Assembly (NCBI GenBank): GCA_964276515.1
Contig: OZ193909.1
Coordinates: forward strand, 5,084,001-5,148,000
From: Gordius albopunctatus
Taxonomy: Eukaryota
Length of the DNA stretch: 64,000 nucleotides
Direction: 5' to 3'
Part shown: positions 54,790-64,000 of the stretch, piece after piece
Position numbering within the stretch: position 1 is the stretch's first letter
How the letters are laid out: every line of letters begins with the position of its first letter
The notes under the pieces: generated by a model
What the model was told of the DNA's origin: nothing
Database searches by the model: none
What the model saw: the letters and a program-made list of their open reading frames with translations, nothing else
Program-made: the position numbers and the translations under genes

Positions 54790-55842
54790 TTAATATAGTT
54801 TATATTTCATTAACAACCTAGTTTTAAAAGTAGTTTTTGGCTTATATTTCTCCATGAGCTTTTGATATACAACAGCACTTGTGGTAATAAAATTTCCCAA
54901 AAACAACATTAAAAACACAAAGCTGATAACTGGAACTTGCCATTCAAGACATTCTTTGTGGAAGCTAAGTTTATATAAAACATAAGAGTTGTACAATTGG
55001 AAAAAATAGCCAACAAACAAGAATGGAAGCAAAAATGAAAGCCCTTTCCACATCCAAGATTGAAAACCTTCCACAGTTATATCCATGTTGTGTCTCTCAC
55101 CTAATGCCTTTAATCTGTAGAGACACCCTCTTTGATATTCATATTGTAGTATTTGAAGAAAAGATATAAAAAGGGCAAACACCATAAATTGTCGGCGAAA
55201 GGCTTGATACACATATCCATCTGGCCAGGTGAGAATTGTCCCACAAAGAAATGTTGAAATGTAATGATGTGTCATCCACCATCCTTTTATACGTGACCCA
55301 TTGAGTCGGAGAATACCTTCTCGTATAGTCAAGGTACAATAATACCATACCAGCAGAAAACAAAATATTGCATCCAAAAATCGATATCTTAATATCAAAT
55401 TAACAATGGAAAATAAAACTATGATAATAGTAACAGTGAATTTAAACTTTTCATAATTTTCTTTATACTTGAATTTTTGTTCATTCGTACAAAGAGAAAC
55501 ATTGATATTACCAAGTATAATTTTAAGGTATAGGCTACTTTCCTTAGGTAAGGTTGACTCCAAAGAACGTATTGCAACATTTTTGTTACGAATTTTATCT
55601 GATAATTCCTTTATTTCTTTTTCTTTGGAAGAATCCTTTAATTTTTTTAATGAACTAGTAATTTTAGAGGCATTATATTTGTAGTGTTTAAGAAGTTTGG
55701 CACACTTATTTTCTAATTCATGTAGCTCTTTGACCTTTTCAATATAGTTTTTGTAGGAATCATCTAATTCATTAGTTTCTTCTTCTAATTTATTCCAAGA
55801 TTGTAAACAATTTTCATATCCAACAATTTCAATTCCATCCAT
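54790..55842 (-). CDS. TMEM120: Transmembrane protein 120 homologue (TMPIT/TACAN family), 350 aa, single coding exon
   Basis: N-terminal coiled coil; YLKIILGNINVSL; KFKYKENYEKFK; FLLVWYYCTLTIRE.IL..NGSRIKGWW..HHYIST; YQRGCLYRLKALGERHNMDITVEGFQSWMWKGLSFLLPFL. These are diagnostic TMEM120 motifs. Confidence 0.97.
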   Translation of the reverse strand: MDGIEIVGYENCLQSWNKLEEETNELDDSYKNYIEKVKELHELENKCAKLLKHYKYNASKITSSLKKLKDSSKEKEIKELSDKIRNKNVAIRSLESTLPKESSLYLKIILGNINVSLCTNEQKFKYKENYEKFKFTVTIIIVLFSIVNLILRYRFLDAIFCFLLVWYYCTLTIREGILRLNGSRIKGWWMTHHYISTFLCGTILTWPDGYVYQAFRRQFMVFALFISFLQILQYEYQRGCLYRLKALGERHNMDITVEGFQSWMWKGLSFLLPFLFVGYFFQLYNSYVLYKLSFHKECLEWQVPVISFVFLMLFLGNFITTSAVVYQKLMEKYKPKTTFKTRLLMKYKLY

Positions 55843-56260
55843 ACTTTAATGTATGCATCAATCAGATGGTTTATTTTTTTAGGAAGGCTTAATAATTACG
55901 GAGTGCCAATGCTAACTAGTATTTTACGGGTACGGCGCCGATGAGTGTGCTAGAGATATATTTTAGTGTGCATAAAATAGCCATACCAAATTTGCTAGTA
56001 TTCTTTTCCTTTTAATTCCGTGGAAATGGTGCAAACCGATTAGAATATTATTTAGTTATAAAAACTCTTTTAACAACACGCCGTGTGCGGTGCTGTCATA
56101 ATTTAACTAATTGAGAATAGTTACGTTAAATGTAGCTACAAAATATGGCACATGTGAAGGTGTTATAAAATAAACAACGCACGCTCTTTAGTAGTTTTAA
56201 CTAAGATTTATGCTATTGTAAGGGGTATCCGTTGAGAGGTGTGGAGAGGGAGTGCTGGTG

Positions 56261-57067
56261 CATTGGCGTAGGGACGGGGTGTTTTCGGATTTTTTAAATA
56301 TTTGCACACAAATATCACTGATAATAATAAATTATTTTGGAAGTATTATTAAATTTTGCGTTGCGTTTACTTTTATTTTTGAATTTTATACCCTGTTTAT
56401 TAAATTTCCTGTTCAACTCACCCCTCAAATATTCAATAATTTTTTAATATTAGGAAATTTTTATGAATATGACCTTGAAGGATCCGAAGAGCAGTTTGAA
56501 TCCGATATTAAATCGTGGTATTCATCGTTCAAAGACTCCAATCCAGAAAAACTACCCAGCAATGCATTGGAGACCTTATCCGATCATGCTTCTAAACTTA
56601 ATCTTTATCCTGATATTAAAACTCTTTACCATATTCTAGCAACCTTACCTGTGACAACGTGATCTAATGAGCGGTGTTTTACAAACCTAAAAAGACTAAA
56701 CATATATTAGAAGCACAACTGGACAAGAAAGGTAAACTAAATGGTTTTATTAATTTTTAATTTAGGCCTACTGGATTAACGTTGCTATATATACACAGGC
56801 AATATACCCCTGTAACTGAAGATGTTGTAAATGCGTTTCTATTTAAAAATCGTCGATATTGAATTTCAATTTATATAATTTTTATATTGTATATTTAATA
56901 AAAAAAAATATTTGCTGTAATTTTACTTTAAGTATTTTATTATTTTTACGCTATTGTCTCTTTAATCTTTTAAGAAAAAAAACATTTTTATCCAAAAAAA
57001 TTTCACCTTTAAAATTTCATAACCCCCTTCCCCCCCCCCCCTTGAGAAAATCTTAGTTAAGCCTATG
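56261..57067 (+). mobile_element. Internally deleted hAT (Tip100/ZMYM-like) transposon with MITE-family TIRs
   Basis: Ends CATTGGCGTAG... / ...CTTAGTTAAGCCTATG; imperfect TSD TGCTGGTG/TGGCGGTG. Encodes LYPDIKTLYHILATLPVTT*SNERCFTNLKRL..RSTTGQER.TGLTLLYIHR (hAT C-terminal dimerisation domain). Confidence 0.8.
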
Positions 57068-57858
57068 TGGCGGTGCCTCTGGTGATAAGTAAATTACCAA
57101 ACTGTAAAGGGTTAGTGGTAATGCCCTTAGTGATAATTAAATTACTGTTATTGGTTTCAACGTATACCATCGCAACGCAAGTGTATACACGATTATATTT
57201 CTTACGTTTTATAATATCGTATCGCTATACCCCGCTTATAAGTCATATCGTTATACCGCTTTTAATAAAAGAAACCTAACATTAGGAAAGTGGTTTTTAT
57301 GACAAACTTTACTGGTTGTGAAGGTACAACTAGTTTTACTCCTTTCACCAGCTTAAATCGATTTCAATCGCAACTGGAATTTTGAAGTTGTCTTAATTGG
57401 TAAAAGTAATTCTTAATATATACTTTTATATTGGGCTATTTCTATTACCTAACTTTGTTTAAATCATCCAAATTTCTGCCTTAAGTCAAATTATTATGAT
57501 TTTAAATCTTTCTTGGAGTTAGGGATTAGTTATCTTAGATTCTATATACTAGTGCAAAAACATGGATCGACCTGCCTATACCCGATATTATTAAATTTTC
57601 TTCAGTCTGTCTCTTTGCTTAATTTGTCCGACCCATTTAAAAACTCTATTATTATGTAATGGCCAATCCATCGTACTCTTAATTTTAGAAAGGCTCAACA
57701 AACACATATATTCTCTTTTGATAGAATAAATATCCTAAATCACATATGATGTGAACGTTCAAATAGCGCTAGCTAAACAATCGGGAAAGGGTTAACAAAG
57801 TCTAATAGAATTTCTGTGGTAAATACGGATATACTTTGTTTTTCCCCTATATATTAGA

Positions 57859-59172
57859 CTAGATAAACCCGGCAAACGTTTTTTTTGCCATTTACCCGGG
57901 TGTATTAATTTATGTTGGAATTTTAGGGCATATATGATGATAAAGCGGTTATTGAAGTAAAAATAAAGTTTGATGTCTATATGTTCTACTTCTATAGTTC
58001 TATTTCCGTATAATAGATTAAGAATATATCAAATATAATTGGTAAGTGTTTATTATGCAAAATTTTTAAATAAATAGTTAAGGAGGATCCAAAGCCCAGG
58101 CTCACCCAAGAGAGAAAACCTCGCCCCATGGCCCTCCCCCCCCTCCAAGGGAAAAATATTTGGCCCCCTGGCCCTTCAAGCAATTTTTTTAAATTTTTTG
58201 TAATCGAGAAACAATATCATAATTATAATTTATGTTTCTGAATAAAACTTTTAATTCTGAACTTAATAATGTCCGAAGAACTGAGATATACAGTCAAAAC
58301 CGTTTAATTGCAAAGCCTTGGGCCTGAAAAAAAATTCGCGATTAACCCATATTTCGCGATTAAACGATGAAAAAAAAGTATATATACATTATATTAAATA
58401 TTCATTTCTTACGCTTCGCAATAAAACGATATTTTATATAATTATCTGCTTGATTTAATGACTCGAAAATGTTTGTGAATATCCGATATTGTACTATTAA
58501 GCGATTTGTCAATGAACGATGTTTTTGTCAATATTATCGTTAAAAAAAAGAAAATGGCTCTTAACTTCGCGATTAAAAGATTTTTGCGATAATCCGATTT
58601 GCGATTAAGAAGTTTCGACTGTATCAACATTTATTGGCACTTTGTTAAAAGTATTTTCATTTTTCTCCTTATTTAACGTGCAAAAAATGATAAAATGAGA
58701 TTTTTTAATTTATTTAGCCACGCAGGAGAGGACACGACAGTCCTATAATAATAATTGACGTGAAAAATAAGCAAAAAAATGACTTTGATTTAATGTTTCA
58801 AATCGTAAAAAGTTTCCATTTTCCGCAGCACATGCCTACATTTATCACACTACACTACCTACACGCATGACGATCTAGAAAATACTATAAGTGATACACT
58901 TTTTTTAAAGAACTGTATATTCAAATTTTCGAAGAACACGATAGATACGCAGTACGTCATGAGGTTGCGTTTGATTGACGTTTTATTAAACGTCAAAAGG
59001 CATAATACAAACTCGAAAACTACTGGACCGATTTGGCTCGAACAAATCTTAAAACATGCTCCGGAGTGTGGGGAATAAACTGTGAAATTTTGAGCCAAAT
59101 CGGTCTGGTAGTTCTCCAAAATTGGTGGCGGTATATATACACACATACATAGTTTCATTTTTATATATGAGA
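57859..59172 (-). mobile_element. Non-autonomous Helitron (with nested insertions)
   Basis: The minus strand begins A|TC (59172) and ends with hairpin-like GGCAAA..CGTTTGCCGGG followed by CTAG|T (57859). An internal ~24-bp inverted repeat lies at ~59015-59040 / 59092-59115. Confidence 0.6.
58291..58621. mobile_element. Tc1/mariner (pogo/Tigger-like) MITE
   Basis: TA|CAGTCAAAACCGTTTAAT ... ATTAAGAAGTTTCGACTG|TA, with internal TTCGCGATTAA repeats. Confidence 0.75.
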
Positions 59173-59906
59173 TTTAAAAAAAATTGGGTTAAAAATAACA
59201 TAATTTCGTTTTTTGCCCTTTTCGAAGATATTTTGAAAACAAGTCGTACAAAATTAAAAACTATAAAAGTCGTAAAAGCCACTTATAGCTAAAACGAAAA
59301 ATTATTATGTTCTTGGCAGTTTTTATTGAATATTAACTTATATTTAATACACAATCGCCCTAGACATTTAGTCTCCCACTCTTTCCTAATTCACTACCTA
59401 ATATACAACATATGGATATTGTTAAAAACTGTTTAATTCTTTATAATTTTTATCTGAGAGAAGGGGGGGGGGGGCAAAATTAAAAATTTTAATTTCATTT
59501 GCCTCCTACTTAAGCATAAATCAATAATTTAAATTTTTAGCCTAAAAATTGAAGTTATTTAAAGAGGAAAGAGACCGTAGGCAACATACTAATTTGATTT
59601 ATTACAATAAAGAGATAGAAGTAACACCAATAGGAAGGGCAAAATATTGCAATAAGAATATTTTAAGGTATTAACTTATTTTATTTAAAGTTTGTAATTT
59701 ATAAATTTCTTTTGATGCGTCTGTTCTAGATTTTGGGCTAGATTTATTTATCAGATTTTTGGTTAATAACCGCTATTTTTCTCAATTTTACAATTCTTAC
59801 ACATTTTAGATTAAAAATTTAATTCTATAACACTTCTATTCTGCGCCTATTAAAACGTGATTATAATTAATTCACCGTTTTGACTAAAGAATATTATGGT
59901 GATGTC

Positions 59907-60109
59907 TAGAGTTGTTAAATTGCTAACTTTCTTCAACTACAGCTACCATCTCCTCGAGTTTCTGCTCGGCCCTCGAGCATTTTTATATGCTACTGCTCTA
60001 CCTAGTGCACCGAACAGCGAGCTCATATTGTGCTAACGCCTATATTAAGCAACTCAGTGGGCATGCTCGCGTCTGGAGTTTGAAGAAAGTTAGCAATTTA
60101 ACAACTCTA
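59907..60109. mobile_element. hAT-type MITE with 30-bp perfect TIRs
   Basis: TAGAGTTGTTAAATTGCTAACTTTCTTCAA and its exact reverse complement at the ends; perfect 8-bp TSD GTGATGTC. Confidence 0.92.
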
Positions 60110-61147
60110 GTGATGTCCGTAGTATTCTAACATTTAATTTTTATACTATAATAAGTGTTGTATATGAAATCAAAATAGACGAAGAATGAAAACCAGTTTT
60201 ATGACATCACACCATTAAAGCTGGTAAATATTTGTATTTATAAAATAATTTACAAAAATAAGTTGATACAAATTGATAAAATTGCAAAACTATCCCGGTT
60301 TTAGAAAATATCATACTTCCATTTTTCAGATTTATATATTCGAAAAATTAAGTATTTAGGTAAGATCCTAAAAATTTTACTAAATTGGAATAGCACAAAA
60401 ATAGATCTGGTTATCAACTTGGAAAGGTGAAAAACCGGGGCTTCTTTTTACGTCTTTAAAGGGGAGGAGGGGGAGGAGGGATTAAAGGGAGAAAGGTTAT
60501 CCAATATTGATATATCTGCCGAATAATTTATGCTGTCGATAACATGGGCAATCATATCAGGTTAAATAGTTTTAATAACACCATCTTTTTAGCTGTCCAC
60601 TGCTGTGCCGCGGTTGACAAAATAGTCACCAAATTTTCAACATTTTTAAATTATTGTAAAAGCCAAAATCTTCTATTCATTTATTTAATGATGTTTATGG
60701 ACAATTATAAGTGTAGGCTATTAATTATTATTTTTAATATATCCCTAATCACACTGCTATCAAATGTTTGAGGCTTCAAAAACGACTACTTTTTAAAAAT
60801 TATTTCCATCCGTTTCAAAAAATGGCACATCATTACCACTATATTTTAAAATTTTTGCTCAAAAATTAAAGGCAAAGTTTTGAGTTTGGTGTAATATATT
60901 GAAATCATCCTGCCTGACGAGTGAAATTGCTTGTTTCCCCGTCATTATTTTACTCGATTATGCGCATAGTCGAATCTGTGTCATTTTCATTAGGATTTTA
61001 TTTATTATGTCGAGAATAGCTAAAATATCTATATTTTTTAATATTAATTAAAAATTTAATTTTACCCATAATTTTGGCAACAATGTAACATGATTGTATT
61101 TCGATTTCTAGATTGTGTAATACTTTTTAACAATAGAATTTTTATAA

Positions 61148-62483
61148 ATGAATATAAATTCTGTACCTTGTGCTGTTAAATTGATATTGGAATTATTTGT
61201 TTTTAATTATGTATCATGTAAAATTCAAAGAATGATTCGTGATTCTAGAGATCATCTGAGAATAGTACATTCAAAAAATATTCTGGCTCCTCAAGATATA
61301 AGTGATATAAACTTTTTGAAATTGAGTGAGCGAAACATGGATTCTATGCCGCAATATGGATTAAATAATTTGAAAAATTTTACAAGCAATTTTTTACAAA
61401 TGCCATACAAGTCAGGTATAAATGACACCTCGAAGAATATCTTTTCAATGGTGTCTAAATTAGAGAATGAAATAAATGAAAAACGTTTAGATGAAAAATT
61501 GTTGGCAAAAAACTTGATAGAAAGCTTAAATTTATACTCAAACGTTACAACACTTACGCCTCTTCAAATAAATTTTAATTCAACTCGAGTTATATTTGAT
61601 ACTTTCACAAAAAAACCTATTTCAACATATTCATTTAATACTACAAAAATCAGCATCATGCTAAAAAATAATATACCAAACAATATAAATATAACCCAAT
61701 ATAGAAAATCCTTGAATGATTCTAGAGCGTATTTAAATAAATCGGAAGAATTAATAGAAATGCTGGAAAATAATAATGATACATCGCTGGATAAAGATAT
61801 TCTTATTCCAGGACTATTTATTACAGCATTTAATCAAATAACTACACCACCTGAATCAGGTAAAAAAGAACGAGAAGACACGAAAAAAGTTATAGGACCG
61901 CTATACAAAGAAGCACAAATGGCGGAAAAGTATTCTAAGATTTTACCGCAAGTCAATTTTACTGATGATCTCTTCGAAGAACCTAAGCTCGACGATAATT
62001 GTTGGGCACAGAAATTAATGAGTGATCCTTATAGCTTCATACCTAATTGTAATTCGGATGGAACATATTCTGGCAAACAGTGCCATAAGCATAGGTTAAA
62101 TAAAAAGCCTCATTTTATATTTATTAAGTTTAATTGTTATTAATGTTTTAAAAACGGGAAAATTTTTTGACTAATAAAAAAGTTGGCCTTATTTCAACTA
62201 TAGACATAAGCAGACCTCATGAATCATAAAGCAAACACTGATTTAATGAATGATCAAAATAAATCCATAATAAAAGTTGAAATAATGTTAGTTTAAGTTC
62301 TAAACTTACGAAATAATAATAAAAATTAATTATTTTATTTTTTATAAGTTTATTATAACTTGCTAAAGGTGTTGGTGCGTAAATCCTAAAGGTGAAATGG
62401 TTGAATCAAACGTGGAATCTGATTTGTTGTACCATACTGGAATTGCTGCAATAATTATGATTTGCAAACAGAATGTTATATAG
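61148..62483 (+). CDS. Putative secreted Asn-rich protein with a C-terminal thyroglobulin type-1 domain
   Basis: Exon 61148-62094 (hydrophobic N-terminus, many NxS/T sites, ending NCWAQK..YSFIPNCNSDGTYSGKQCHKHR) splices in phase to 62369-62483 (CWCVNPKGEMV...ICKQNVI*). This gives the QC and CWCV thyroglobulin type-1 signature. Confidence 0.75.
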
Positions 62484-62929
62484 AGATGGGATATATAAAA
62501 ATTGGATTTAGTGGCACACATTTTAAAGAATGAATTACTTAATATAAACCAGTGCGAGTTTGGACACAAAAAGTTTTTACCATTTGCTGTGCAATATAAA
62601 ACAATTATGAATAGTATATTAATTTTAAAAGGATATACCGATTTATTATTATTATGGCAAAAGATTGAAATAAATGCTAGTAACCCTATTTAATTTGGAA
62701 ATTTGAATCAAAGAAATCATTTTTATCTAAATTTTATATACAACAATCTCATATATTCCCTTCTTTTTTATATTTTTTTAAATTCATATGCTTTTATTTT
62801 TTTTCATGGTTAAAAAGTTTATTTTTACGAAACAAAGTTACATAAATGAGCGAAATACAAAAATAAAGACATATTGGTTAAATACAAAGATCTATATCAT
62901 TATCTTCTAAAATTGGCTATGCATGAGTC

Positions 62930-63965
62930 GGCAAAAGATTTAAAGTTGTATCGTATAACAAGAATCCCTAGTTGTTGCCCCAGTAAAAAGGAGGCAGAAA
63001 TTTTAGATTTCGGTTAGCGTTTTCCGATTTCTTCAAAAAAACATTGCCCGTTTATCAAAGGAACCGGATCACGAGGCAACGACAGGGATAAAAATATTTG
63101 ATGCCAAAAGTGCAGGGTACTTTGTAGTTTTACGCCCTTCTACTGTAGCGATAGGGTCGTAATTAAAATGGGAAGGGGCAAATAGGCCAATACAAGTGAA
63201 ATCCCATTTGAGGGATAGGCCATTTTGCCAGGGGACTAAAGAAGAGCCGTCAGGGTGCATCCTACCTTCAAGAGAGGGATATGACGGCTCAAGGATTGAG
63301 GGGATTTTTGCCCTTTTAAGGGTAGCTTGAATTAATAAATTAGCTTTAGTGTGCCTAACATATTTATATTTGTTTGCCAGGCAGTGTAGAGGGTGCCTAG
63401 CATATTAATCGTCTACAAGGGTAAGACAATTTCGACAATTGAATTCTCTGCTGTATCTAATCCTAGCTAAGGAATATGATAGCTCAAAGTTTTCAAGCAG
63501 CATTCCCAAAAGTTAGCTGGGATAGGCTTCAAGCCACTTGTGACCGGAACCATCAAAAGCGAGGGACCTAAGGTTGTAATGCTGGCTATCATCGCTGCTC
63601 CATAAAAGGTAATCAACGGAGCGCGATACTAGTCCAGAATCCCAATCCTTTTGTCTAGTACTTTGAGGTTGAATGATCTCGGGTGTGACATTCAAATTTC
63701 AGAGGTCCAAGGCTTGAGTTAGCAGAGGGTCGGAATCATGTGTTGTGAGATTAAAAATTAAGTTTTGGACCGACTTAAAAGAGGAAATAAAAGCAGATAG
63801 CGATATGCTGCCGGGAGGACGAATTCCTAATCCTTCAGATTTGGTCGAGAGGGATGCTTCAATCCAATTGTTAGTATTAAATTAAAAATTTTTTCTAATA
63901 AAGTTTTTAAAAAGCCTTCGTACGACTTTAAAACGTCTAGGTGTAAAAATGCACCACATGAGCGA
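62930..63965 (-). mobile_element. Degenerate CRE-clade LINE remnant, second copy
   Basis: WIEASLSTKSEGLGIRPPGSISLSAFISS, QKDWDSGLVSRS, KWLEAYPS and HPDGSSLVPWQNGLSLKWDFTC, collinear with the 1805-2530 copy. Frameshifted. Confidence 0.8.
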
Positions 63966-64000
63966 AAACAATGATTAATCTTTGAAATGTTAAAATAGTT

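Overview
AT-rich, intron-containing eukaryotic DNA, most likely from an invertebrate animal (inferred from gene content). Five protein genes can be assembled by hand from GT-AG splice sites and reading-frame phase. (1) A 13-exon, ~1160-aa uncharacterised gene (+, 5640-13120) with a low-complexity N-terminus, a possible PH-like domain, a CXC/tesmin-like Cys cluster and a C-terminal Cys/His-rich zinc finger. (2) ASNSD1 (-, 27244-14729; 13 exons, ~557 aa), which includes introns of only 33 and 40 nt. (3) A 20-exon secreted, probably GPI-anchored protein with six tandem EGF-like+SEA modules (+, 40227-52331; ~1367 aa). (4) An intronless TMEM120 (-, 54790-55842). (5) A two-exon thyroglobulin type-1 domain protein (+, 61148-62483). 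The remaining DNA is dense in transposon debris: more than a dozen CATGGGCGTAGCC-ended hAT-type MITEs and a transposase-bearing relative, other hAT, MULE, piggyBac-like and pogo-like elements, a Helitron, DINE-1/HINE-like Helentron elements whose tandem repeats carry tRNA B-box-like motifs, and CRE- and RTE-clade LINE remnants. No CRISPR array, rRNA or intact tRNA was seen. Gene models and family calls come from manual reading, not from searches.
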